Source of the DNA: Candidatus Woesearchaeota archaeon
Lineage (GTDB): Archaea; Nanobdellota; Nanobdellia; Woesearchaeales; ARS49
DNA length: 64,000 nt
Reading direction: 5' to 3'
Assembly (NCBI GenBank): GCA_014729505.1
Contig: WJJS01000001.1
Span: forward strand, 12,938-76,937
In this document: positions 36,118-44,854 of the stretch, piece after piece
Position numbering within the stretch: the stretch's first letter is position 1
Layout of the letters: the number at the start of each line of letters is the position of its first letter
Translations under genes and position numbers: made by a program
Notes under the pieces: generated by a model
The model's input: only the letters and a program-made list of their open reading frames with translations
Told to the model about the DNA's origin: nothing
Databases searched by the model: none

Positions 36118-37028
36118 TTATATCACTCAAACGTATGCTTGCACAAGCGAACAAGAAAAACTACGCTGTTGGCGCGTACAACATCAATAACATGGAATTT
36201 GTCCAAGCAGTTGTCAGCGCAAGCGAAAAAATGAACAGTCCAGCAATAATCTCGACAACAGAGGGAGCAATACGTTACGCAGGCATGCCATACCTGAAAA
36301 CGCTCGTCTACACGGCAGCAGCACACACAAAAATACCTATCACGTTTCATCTCGATCACGGAAGAGATTTTACGGTGATCAAACAAGCGATAAAAGCGGG
36401 ATACTCCTCAATAATGTATGACGGCAGTCATCTGCCTTTCAAAGAAAATGTTCGCAACACTGCAAAAGTCGTGCGATGGGCGCACAAAAAAGGAGTCAGC
36501 GTTGAAGGAGAACTAGGAACTATAGGTGGTGCAGAAGATCTCGTCAGTTCAAGAGAAATTATCTATACCGATCCAGACACTGCAAAAGAGTTCGTCGAAA
36601 AAACAGGAGTTGATGCACTCGCAATTGCTATTGGGACCAGTCACGGCGCGTACAAATTTTCAAGCACACCAACACTTGATATTGCGCGCCTCAAAACAAT
36701 AAAAAAACTCACTAAACTACCGCTCGTACTGCACGGCGCAAGTGAAGTACCACAATATCTGGTACGACAAGCGAACCGCTATGGAGCAACACTTGGCAAA
36801 GCTCGAGGAGTGCCAGACGCACAAATACGACAAGCAGTCAAGCACGGCATCAATAAAGTCAACGAGGATACGGACTTGCGCTTAGCATTTCTAGCCTCAA
36901 CTAGAAAAACACTCGTAAAACAACCAAGCGTATTTGATCCGCGAAAAATCCTTGGACCCGCACGAGATTACGTACAAAAAATCGTCGAGGATCGCATCAA
37001 ACTTTTAGGGAGTAAAGGTAAAGCATGA
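36114..37028 (+). CDS. fba: Class II fructose/tagatose-bisphosphate aldolase
   Basis: YAVGAYNINNMEF, FHLDHG, SVEGELGTIGG and LVLHGAS. Confidence 0.85.
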   Translation: MIISLKRMLAQANKKNYAVGAYNINNMEFVQAVVSASEKMNSPAIISTTEGAIRYAGMPYLKTLVYTAAAHTKIPITFHLDHGRDFTVIKQAIKAGYSSIMYDGSHLPFKENVRNTAKVVRWAHKKGVSVEGELGTIGGAEDLVSSREIIYTDPDTAKEFVEKTGVDALAIAIGTSHGAYKFSSTPTLDIARLKTIKKLTKLPLVLHGASEVPQYLVRQANRYGATLGKARGVPDAQIRQAVKHGINKVNEDTDLRLAFLASTRKTLVKQPSVFDPRKILGPARDYVQKIVEDRIKLLGSKGKA

Positions 37029-37465
37029 AGGTTATACTAGGAGCAGATCATGCAGGATTCGCACTCAAAGAACACCTAAAAAAATACTTGAGCGCAAAAG
37101 GATACGACGTAATTGATCTTGGTGCAACAGTTCTCAAACCACGCGATGATTACCCAGACTATGCTGCTCGAGTTGCAAAACGCGTCGTAAAGCATAACGA
37201 ACCAGGCATTCTGGTGTGCGGCAGTTCTGAAGGCGTCTGCATTGCAGCAAACAAATTCAAAGGCATACGAGCAGTCTCGGCATGGTCAAAAAAAGTAGCA
37301 AAACTATCAAGAGAGCACGATAATGCAAACATACTCTGCTTATCAGGGTGGTTGCTCAGTAAAGAAAAGGCAAGCGGTATAGCTGACACGTTCTTAAGCA
37401 CGGCTTTTTCTAAGGAACCACGGCATGTCCGCCGTCTCAAAAAGATCGAAAAACTAGAACAATGA
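37025..37465 (+). CDS. rpiB: Ribose-5-phosphate isomerase B
   Basis: MKVILGADHAGFALKEHL and GILVCGSSEGVCIAANKFKGIRA. Confidence 0.85.
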   Translation: MKVILGADHAGFALKEHLKKYLSAKGYDVIDLGATVLKPRDDYPDYAARVAKRVVKHNEPGILVCGSSEGVCIAANKFKGIRAVSAWSKKVAKLSREHDNANILCLSGWLLSKEKASGIADTFLSTAFSKEPRHVRRLKKIEKLEQ

Positions 37466-38088
37466 TACGCGTCATCCCCGCAGTCAATGCCACAACAATG
37501 CTGGCTTTACGAAAAAACATCTCAATCGCAGAAACACTCAGTCCACTTATTGACGTCGATATTTGTGATGGAAGATTCGTCGCGCGAAAAACGGTTTCCT
37601 TAACTCAATTACGAGGTCTGACAACAAAAAAGTTGAGCATTGATTATATGGGTCAACATCCAGCACGTGCGTTTGTTCGACTGCCAAAAAACACGTATCG
37701 TTTTGTGTTCCACGTCGAGGTAGCCAATGATATCGATGCTCTTATACGACGCTGTAAAGCACATAAGATCATTGCATCAATAGGATTGAATCCCGAGACT
37801 CCTGTTTCGAGTATCGCAAAGTATCTGGGTAAAGGAGTGCAGGTTCATCTCCTCACAGTACATCCAGGAAAAAGCGGACAAGAACTCATCCCTTCAGTAT
37901 TGCAAAAGGTGCGAAAGATCAAAAAGATACGGGAAGACACAAGGATTGGTATTGACGGAGGAGTAAACCTCAAGACCGCGAAACTGATCAAACGATATCC
38001 GCTCAACTATGTCTCAGCAACGTCAGCAATCTTTGGCGCAAAAGACCCAAAGAACGCGTTTAGGGAACTTAAGAAGGCGCTCAACTAG
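37462..38088 (+). CDS. rpe: Ribulose-phosphate 3-epimerase-like protein (divergent)
   Basis: DVDICDGRFV, HVEV, LLTVHPGKSGQE and IGIDGGVN are in the order expected for Rpe. Confidence 0.6.
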   Translation: MIRVIPAVNATTMLALRKNISIAETLSPLIDVDICDGRFVARKTVSLTQLRGLTTKKLSIDYMGQHPARAFVRLPKNTYRFVFHVEVANDIDALIRRCKAHKIIASIGLNPETPVSSIAKYLGKGVQVHLLTVHPGKSGQELIPSVLQKVRKIKKIREDTRIGIDGGVNLKTAKLIKRYPLNYVSATSAIFGAKDPKNAFRELKKALN

Positions 38089-38089
38089 A

Positions 38090-38131
38090 TTTTTTTTCCT
38101 TTTTCGTATATGTGAATGCAATTAACAGGAC
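38090..38131. repeat. 42-nt direct repeat: decayed extra copy of the ferredoxin gene 3' end
   Basis: TTTTTTTTCCTTTTTCGTATATGTGAATGCAATTAACAGGAC is identical to 38218-38259. The adjacent sequence is related but carries a 1-nt indel. Confidence 0.85.
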
Positions 38132-38209
38132 GAGCATTCTGCCGCTGTTTTTGCCCAGCGGTTGCAATGCGTGACGCTCGGCTTTGCCTCGATCACGCAG
38201 TTAGAATTT

Positions 38210-38467
38210 CTAGATTCTTTTTTTTCCTTTTTCGTATATGTGAATGCAATTAACAGGACAACACTCTGCGGCGTCCATATTATCTTTGAGATCATCGAGT
38301 TCGAGATGTTCTTCAAGACCGACCTTTTTGGCTCCCTTCAAATCAACTTTGCCATCATCACTTATCGTCCAAAATTCTTCAGCAATAGCAGTACAACTAC
38401 CACAACCAATACATTCAGAACGCTCATGAACAATCCTGAACTTTTTATCTTTGTTTTTCTCAGGCAT
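38210..38467 (-). CDS. Small ferredoxin (single Fe-S cluster type)
   Basis: 85-aa ORF with CIGCGSC...CP(V)NCI. Confidence 0.75.
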   Translation of the reverse strand: MPEKNKDKKFRIVHERSECIGCGSCTAIAEEFWTISDDGKVDLKGAKKVGLEEHLELDDLKDNMDAAECCPVNCIHIYEKGKKRI

Positions 38468-38492
38468 AGCAACACTCCCGAAATATTACTTT

Positions 38493-38732
38493 TTAATTGT
38501 TTCGCCAGACATGAGTAATGGCGCCAAGCGTATTGAGCAACAGCACAAGACTAGAGAGAAACAGCAATGCAAGAGCGATCATCAAAAACATCTCATCATC
38601 GACGTACAACCCCTGAAGAACTAAGGTTCCTTTCTTGAGCAAAAAAATAACTGCTGATGCTACTAAGGAAAGAATGCCGAGAATAAGCGAGAGTACCTCT
38701 CTAAAAATGCTGCTGTTCTGTAACAAGGTCAT
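38493..38732 (-). CDS. Small membrane protein (2 TM)
   Basis: 79-aa hydrophobic ORF. Confidence 0.4.
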   Translation of the reverse strand: MTLLQNSSIFREVLSLILGILSLVASAVIFLLKKGTLVLQGLYVDDEMFLMIALALLFLSSLVLLLNTLGAITHVWRNN

Positions 38733-38826
38733 AAGACTGAGAAGACAAGGACAACATATAAATTTTGCTTATCCTTATTGAGTAATCAACAGCAAGATTA
38801 AATACTATTATCCCATCGCGGTACGC

Positions 38827-39483
38827 ATGTGTGGCCGCTACGCAATAGTCCAACAAAAAAACGATCTTGAAACATTCTATGACGCCAACATGAAAGCAGC
38901 ATGGAAACCGCGATACAACGCAGCACCCACACAAGAATTACCACTAGTGCTTGACGCAGATCCTGCGCATATCGTAGTCGCTCGATGGGGACTTATTCCT
39001 TTTTGGGCAAAAGACGACAAGATAGGAGCACGACTCATCAACGCACGAAGCGAAACTGTGGCAGAAAAACCGACTTTTCGAACATCGTTTAAGAAACGAC
39101 GATGCCTCATTCCCGCTACACATTTTTACGAATGGAAGAAAACAACAAGCATCAAGAAACCATTTGCAATTCATCTGAAGTCAAAAGAGTTGTTTTCATT
39201 TGCAGGACTGTGGGATGAATGGAAGAGTTCTAAAGGAGAATTGATTCGCACGTTTACAATATTGACGTGCGGTCCTAACAGTGTAATGAAAAAGATCCAT
39301 GATCGCATGCCGGTCATACTCAAAAAATCTGACGAAGAGGCGTGGATGAATCCTACGAGCTCAGAGACTGCACTGCAGAAGTTGTTGAAACCTTTTTCAT
39401 CGTCGCAACTCGTCGCGTACGAGATCAGCACGCTTGTCAACTTGCCGACAAACGACAACCCTGCAGTAGTACAACCAGTCTAA
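38827..39483 (+). CDS. SRAP-domain abasic-site processing protein (YedK/HMCES family)
   Basis: 218-aa ORF. MCGRYA (Cys2), YNAAPTQ, RWGLIPFWAKD, LINARSETVAEKPTFR, RCLIPATHFYEWKK and HDRMPVIL are collinear with E. coli YedK. Confidence 0.9.
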   Translation: MCGRYAIVQQKNDLETFYDANMKAAWKPRYNAAPTQELPLVLDADPAHIVVARWGLIPFWAKDDKIGARLINARSETVAEKPTFRTSFKKRRCLIPATHFYEWKKTTSIKKPFAIHLKSKELFSFAGLWDEWKSSKGELIRTFTILTCGPNSVMKKIHDRMPVILKKSDEEAWMNPTSSETALQKLLKPFSSSQLVAYEISTLVNLPTNDNPAVVQPV

Positions 39484-39535
39484 TCTCTACATTCTTTCTC
39501 ACAAGTCACAAGACACGACTTCGCAGCGCTTTTTA

Positions 39536-40006
39536 GTGACTACGCTTTTGTTTTTTGTCATGGGGTTATTAGGGGTGCGAGGAGAACAACGTATCATCAA
39601 TGATCATATTCTCTACTATGCCGTTTATCACACGCCGTGTTTATTGATCGACGCAGCAAACTGTGCAAACCCACACAAACTATATCCTCTGGCACGTGAA
39701 GAACAACTCTACAACATCCACGTTATTGAAGTCGAACTACTCTACGTTTTTCGCGACGTCCTACTGCGCTGTCACCGCTTTGCACAACAACGAGCAGTGC
39801 GCCACATACTCCTCACGACATTCAACCAACTCTTTCACTATCAAGACGCCAAAGAAAACGACAACATCCACGAACATGCATGGGAATTGCTGCGCACACT
39901 AGGACAACGCTATGACGTACGCGTCGGCATACATCACCGTCACGAAGCGCGCGCAAGACGATTTTGTGACGCGATCATTACGCAGCACTCTCTGGCGGGA
40001 TATTGA
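39536..40006 (+). CDS. Hypothetical protein; possibly a degenerate RecA/RadB-like fold (speculative)
   Basis: 156-aa ORF (GTG start; ATG at codon 9). GLLGVRGEQ and the hhhhD strand CLLID weakly recall Walker A/B. It lies 52 nt after the SRAP gene. Confidence 0.4.
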   Translation: MTTLLFFVMGLLGVRGEQRIINDHILYYAVYHTPCLLIDAANCANPHKLYPLAREEQLYNIHVIEVELLYVFRDVLLRCHRFAQQRAVRHILLTTFNQLFHYQDAKENDNIHEHAWELLRTLGQRYDVRVGIHHRHEARARRFCDAIITQHSLAGY

Positions 40007-40009
40007 ATT

Positions 40010-40324
40010 ATGGGACATACCGTATGGAGCCAACGGATGAATGCAGAGCGCATCATCACAGAACTACTTCGTTACAAGAAAGCATTGCGAAGCGAACAAC
40101 AAGCACTGTTTGACGAATTACTGAAACGATCCATGAATCATCTCGGTACCATAAGTTACGCAAACAGCATGCACACCTGGGCATTACTGCTCTTATCAAT
40201 ACTACTAGAACAAGAACAACGCATAAAGAAACTAGAACATGTGGTTAATAGATACCTATCAAAAAAAGAACAAGATCGTCGTGTGGCTGAAAACGAAAAC
40301 GACGAATATGCATCGAACCTATGA
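40010..40324 (+). CDS. Hypothetical helical protein
   Basis: 104-aa ORF, 3 nt after the previous gene. Its last 86 nt overlap the polymerase start in another frame. Confidence 0.4.
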   Translation: MGHTVWSQRMNAERIITELLRYKKALRSEQQALFDELLKRSMNHLGTISYANSMHTWALLLLSILLEQEQRIKKLEHVVNRYLSKKEQDRRVAENENDEYASNL

Positions 40325-42794
40325 GTACTCTGTCACACTCTACGCACACGAAGATGCACGAGAATTCCTTACAACGAACAAGATTGCTTTTACAGAACAA
40401 CTCAAAAAAGATCCTTTTCGCAACAAGAAACATGTTCTTGCCATAACGTTATCATGCGAACGACTCGCACCATTTGTAAGATGGTTTGAACTCGGCACCA
40501 AACACCGCATACCGCTTTACAATGCAGATATCACGCCGGAACAACGCTTTCTTTACGAGAACAAGCTAGTACCGTGCAGCAACGTGCGAGACGTTGATGG
40601 GAGACTTGTACACGTCAACGAATCCGCACCACCGCTAAGCACTGTTCATTTGCGATGCGCCACACAAGGACCTATTACACGATTAGAATACCAGGATCAC
40701 ACTATCGTAGGCGAGGAACGAGAAGTACTCGCGCATTTTACGCAACGCTTCAGACAGGACGATCCAGATGTACTACTTATGCGACGAGCATACAAAGCAG
40801 TACCACATCTCTTTGAACGGTTACGTGCGAACGGATTGCACGTGCCTTTTCATCGATGGGATGAGATACCGCTGCGCCACCGCGGCGGCAAGACACACTT
40901 CAGTTACGGAAGAGTATATTATCAAGATCACTCGTTTCAACTGCGAGGACGATTACTCGTTGACACGGCAAGCAGTGTAGGATCAACATGCTCTGTACCT
41001 GCAATCATCGAACTTGCACAGCTCACAGGCACTCGATTCCAACGCGTAGCAGCACGCAGTTTCGGTGCCTCATTTCAACTTCAACTCGTCAAAGAACTGC
41101 TCGCCCAAGATCTGCTTGTGCCATACAAGGAAAAACCCTTTGATGAACCGCTGCGCATGACAGAGTTATTCGACGCAGACAGAGCAGGACATACCTTTGA
41201 TCCTCAACTAGGATTTCACAATGATGTTGTAGCAATAGACTTCTCAAGCATGTATCCATGGATCATCCACAACTACAACATCAGCGCAGATACCATACTC
41301 ACAAAAAAAGGAAAGAAGACCAAGATTCCTGCAGTACCAATTGATGTAACCACACAATATCAAGGAGTGATACCAAAAGCAATCAAACCATTGTTAGATC
41401 GACGCATGTACTACAAAAAACATCCGACGCCGGAAAACAAACGACGAGCAATAGGACTAAAAACACTGCTCGTGACCTGTTATGGTTATCTGCGATTTCG
41501 CGAATTTAAAATGGGACTTGCCACATCACACATGGCAATTTGTTCATACGCGCGAGAACTCCTCCTACAATCAGCAACGCTTGCAGAAGAACAAGGCTTT
41601 CGCGTCATTCACGGCATCATCGATTCACTCTACATATCAAAAAAAGACATTACCACAACAGAAGTCGAAACATTTCGAAAAGAACTAGAACACATGAGCG
41701 GTATACCCGTTGCCTGCGATGGCATCTTCAAATGGATCGTGTTTCTTTCACGACGACATGACAACACTGTCGGAGTGCCGGCCCGTTATTTTGGCGCATA
41801 TAAAAATGGTGGCATTAAAGCAAGAGGTATTGAAGTACGACAATCGAGTGCGCCGCTACTTATACGACGATTCCAACAAAACGTGTTAGAAGAGCTCGCA
41901 GCGTTTTCAACGAAAAGAGCGATACAGGATCACTTGCCACAAGTCATGAAACGCGCACGAGCAGTCCTGCACGATCTGCCTGCGACGCCACGAGAAGAAC
42001 TGTGTTGCAGAATACGCATCAGTAAGACCACGTATTCTCGAAACATTCCACAACGGCAAGTGATACGCTTGTTAACACAACAAGGGAGAGACATTATCGC
42101 TGGACAGGTCATACGGTTCTGGTACAGTGCGAATGGACCGTTACTAGTCGATATGACTGGAAGGCCAGACTACAAAAAATATCGCGATTTGTTATTACGC
42201 GCAATACACTCAGTGTACCAGCCTTTCGGTTATACTACCAAACAACTACAACACCTCCTATTAGACGAATATCAAAGCGTTCTGCAAGATTTTGCGCGAC
42301 AACAGATCCGCTACGAATACGTGCCTATGAAAAAACACTATGCACAAAAACGAGGACTGTCAGAGAGAATCCTGCGACAACGACTGGAACGACAAGGATG
42401 GACGGTGTGGCGCGGCGGCAGCATACATATTACTCGTTATGAAGAACTGTATCCCAACGTACGACGAAAGTACGAATTACTCATCCGTCTGCTTGACGAT
42501 CATAAGCCAGACACAAAAGAAATACTGCAATATTATTGCATGATACAGCACGGCATGCCAGATTTTCTCTGCTACAAAAATGGACGATTCAAATTTGTTG
42601 AATGCAAATTGCAATACGAGCAATTAAGTCATCGACAAAAACGCTGCATTATGAAGCTACAAGACCTGGGATTTGATGTGGAAGTTCACAAACTCGTTGA
42701 CAAACGCACAAAAATGAGAGAGGCACTAGTTGACATGTTTACCAATTGCAAAATAGTACGAGAACGACAACTAGCCCTACTCTCAACATGGTGA
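40239..42794 (+). CDS. Family-B DNA polymerase lacking recognisable exonuclease motifs, fused to a C-terminal VRR-NUC nuclease domain
   Basis: 851-aa ORF. Pol motifs: A VAIDFSSMYPW (D334), B KTLLVTCYGYL (K408), C HGIIDSLY (D462). No DxE, NxxxFD or YxxxD at the expected sites. The C-terminus (from about aa 700) reads ERQGWTVWR...GMPDFLCYKNGRFKFVECKLQYEQLSHRQKRCIMKLQDLGFDVEVH. Confidence 0.85.
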   Translation: MWLIDTYQKKNKIVVWLKTKTTNMHRTYEYSVTLYAHEDAREFLTTNKIAFTEQLKKDPFRNKKHVLAITLSCERLAPFVRWFELGTKHRIPLYNADITPEQRFLYENKLVPCSNVRDVDGRLVHVNESAPPLSTVHLRCATQGPITRLEYQDHTIVGEEREVLAHFTQRFRQDDPDVLLMRRAYKAVPHLFERLRANGLHVPFHRWDEIPLRHRGGKTHFSYGRVYYQDHSFQLRGRLLVDTASSVGSTCSVPAIIELAQLTGTRFQRVAARSFGASFQLQLVKELLAQDLLVPYKEKPFDEPLRMTELFDADRAGHTFDPQLGFHNDVVAIDFSSMYPWIIHNYNISADTILTKKGKKTKIPAVPIDVTTQYQGVIPKAIKPLLDRRMYYKKHPTPENKRRAIGLKTLLVTCYGYLRFREFKMGLATSHMAICSYARELLLQSATLAEEQGFRVIHGIIDSLYISKKDITTTEVETFRKELEHMSGIPVACDGIFKWIVFLSRRHDNTVGVPARYFGAYKNGGIKARGIEVRQSSAPLLIRRFQQNVLEELAAFSTKRAIQDHLPQVMKRARAVLHDLPATPREELCCRIRISKTTYSRNIPQRQVIRLLTQQGRDIIAGQVIRFWYSANGPLLVDMTGRPDYKKYRDLLLRAIHSVYQPFGYTTKQLQHLLLDEYQSVLQDFARQQIRYEYVPMKKHYAQKRGLSERILRQRLERQGWTVWRGGSIHITRYEELYPNVRRKYELLIRLLDDHKPDTKEILQYYCMIQHGMPDFLCYKNGRFKFVECKLQYEQLSHRQKRCIMKLQDLGFDVEVHKLVDKRTKMREALVDMFTNCKIVRERQLALLSTW

Positions 42795-42882
42795 TTTTTA
42801 TCACCGAACGGTGTCGGCCTACTCGTGTCTTTCTTACGAATTCTTTTTATAGAAAGAATGATTTAGATACGGTGGGGGTATA

Positions 42883-43659
42883 ATGCACAAAGCATTAACG
42901 ATAGTATTGCTAGGAATTCTTCTAGTTGGATGCTCAACAACACTAGACACGTCGTCGACAAATCCGCCAACAGCGCCGCACTCAACTTCAAGTCCTCCAA
43001 CAACACAACACCCCGCAACAGAGAACAATTCACAACACACCACAACACAAAATGATTCACAATATCCGACAACGCAGAACGATTCACAACACACGGCAAC
43101 CAATGACTACGTTGCGGGACGAGAACTCTTCAAACTACAACGGGATTCAGACAGTGCACTGGGACAACGAGTAACAGACTTTTTCCCACTTCCTGCAGGA
43201 GCAGTTCTTGTCGAGACAAGACATTTTGGAGCGCAACAATTCAAAGCAAATCTTGTATCAAAAACAGGAGACATATTTCCTTTAGTCAATGATGAAGGAT
43301 ACATTCTTACCACTACGCTGCACTCTTTTGCGGCAGGCCAGTACCTGCTAGACATGATCATCAATGGCGAAGTTACCTTTATCATACGAACACCGGACAT
43401 AGAAGAAGCAACATCATGGAGCGGAGCCGGCAAGAAGTTCACCCCCTTCTTTACACTTTCAGGAACCAACACCTTTGAGATGTCGTTTCAAGGAAATGGA
43501 TTATACATCGTGTCACTATACAATCAAGCAGGAGAACGCATCGCCGTACTTGCACAAGGCGACACCACAGAAAAAACAAACACTGACGTAACCGTACCAC
43601 AAGGACTCTATCTGTTAGGTATAGAATCAACAGGAGTCTGGGACATACAACTCAAATAA
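42883..43659 (+). CDS. Predicted lipoprotein with low-complexity T/Q/N stalk
   Basis: MHKALTIVLLGILLVGC contains a lipobox (LVGC), followed by TTQNDSQ(H/Y) repeats. Confidence 0.55.
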   Translation: MHKALTIVLLGILLVGCSTTLDTSSTNPPTAPHSTSSPPTTQHPATENNSQHTTTQNDSQYPTTQNDSQHTATNDYVAGRELFKLQRDSDSALGQRVTDFFPLPAGAVLVETRHFGAQQFKANLVSKTGDIFPLVNDEGYILTTTLHSFAAGQYLLDMIINGEVTFIIRTPDIEEATSWSGAGKKFTPFFTLSGTNTFEMSFQGNGLYIVSLYNQAGERIAVLAQGDTTEKTNTDVTVPQGLYLLGIESTGVWDIQLK

Positions 43660-43671
43660 TTCCAACTACTT

Positions 43672-44157
43672 CTAATTAAGAGCGACAATCGCCGTATTAA
43701 GAAGAGTGGCAAACAAAACCCAGAACGCATAAGGAAGCAACAACCACAACGTGACCTTATTCACACGATAAAATGCGCTTATCATACCAACAATCGCGCC
43801 GTTGAGCAGAATAATGTCAACCAGCGCCGCCAAAGGATTCTGCAAACCAAAAAATAAGATACTCCATAACATATTAAGAACCCAATGAGCTGCAAACCAG
43901 TACGACGCGTTCTTATCAGGCCAGACAAGATAGAGTGCAATACCAATAAGCGTGAATAAGGTAAGCCACACCGGGCCAAACAACCATGAAGGAGGTTGAA
44001 ATGCGGGAAAGGTCAATGTCAAATACCACGTTCTCACACTACTCGCGGTAAAAAAACTTCCAATAAATCCCGCTGCATGGGAGATAAGCAAGCACAGAGC
44101 AAGAGTACGCCATCGCATACGTATAAGAAAGCTCCAGAGTTTTTTAAGATTATGCAA
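43672..44157 (-). CDS. tspO: TspO/MBR family tryptophan-rich membrane protein
   Basis: 161-aa, 5-TM ORF with PSWLFGPVWLTLF and WVLNMLWSILFF. Confidence 0.8.
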   Translation of the reverse strand: MHNLKKLWSFLIRMRWRTLALCLLISHAAGFIGSFFTASSVRTWYLTLTFPAFQPPSWLFGPVWLTLFTLIGIALYLVWPDKNASYWFAAHWVLNMLWSILFFGLQNPLAALVDIILLNGAIVGMISAFYRVNKVTLWLLLPYAFWVLFATLLNTAIVALN

Positions 44158-44209
44158 CAGTAGATTTTTATGTACAAAGACGCTTTACCACCAAAAAAAA
44201 GAGGAAGTC

Positions 44210-44617
44210 ATGGCGTACAACATTATTTACAGAGGATCCCCATCGTTTCGAGGATACCTCGTCTGGTTTATCGTAGCGTTCTCGCTCATTGCGCTAGGCT
44301 ATGTCGTACACCCGTTACTCATACTCTTATCCCTGCCCTTCTTCATGATACCCCTCATCGACAAATTACGACACACCTACATCATTGCCACAAACGAAAT
44401 AGTGCAACGCACAGGCATAATCCGCACGGTTACACAATCAGCAACATTTAAACACATTACAGGCTTAACAGTACACCAAGGAATAGCGGGAAAAATACTT
44501 GGTTATGCAACAATAACGATCGACACTTCAGGCGGAGCAACAAACAAAGAATTCAGCTGGAAATTCGTAAGAAAAGCACACGATATCAGCATGATGATAC
44601 GCAAAAAAATACAATAA
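44210..44617 (+). CDS. Membrane protein with bacterial PH (YdbS/YdbT-like) domain
   Basis: Two TM helices, then YIIATNEIVQRTGIIRTVTQSATFKHITGLTVHQGIAGKILGYATITIDT. Confidence 0.6.
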   Translation: MAYNIIYRGSPSFRGYLVWFIVAFSLIALGYVVHPLLILLSLPFFMIPLIDKLRHTYIIATNEIVQRTGIIRTVTQSATFKHITGLTVHQGIAGKILGYATITIDTSGGATNKEFSWKFVRKAHDISMMIRKKIQ

Positions 44618-44659
44618 TATTTTATACTGAGACAGTACCAAAAATTTTGAGGTGATACC

Positions 44660-44854
44660 GTGTTAGAAAACCATGTCTATAATCTAATGCAGCAACTCGT
44701 TGAAGAACACAAAAGTCTGTGGCGCATCAAGAAATTCTACACCAAAGATGCGGGAAAGTGCAAAGATTGCAAAGCGTTTTGGGCAAAAATGAAAAAAGAC
44801 AAAGAAGACCATATCAAAGAACTGCGAGGCCTTATAAAGAAACACCTGAAATGA
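44660..44854 (+). CDS. Small helical protein, unknown function
   Basis: 64-aa ORF with ATGA overlap to the next gene. Confidence 0.4.
   Translation: MLENHVYNLMQQLVEEHKSLWRIKKFYTKDAGKCKDCKAFWAKMKKDKEDHIKELRGLIKKHLK

Noticed and set aside
40239-40324. Possible programmed frameshift at the A7 run (40261-40267) joining the 104-aa ORF to the polymerase.
   Set aside because: The polymerase's own N-terminus (MWLIDTYQKKNKIVVWLK) looks like a native PolB start, so a simple gene overlap is the more economical reading. A homopolymer sequencing error cannot be excluded without reads.
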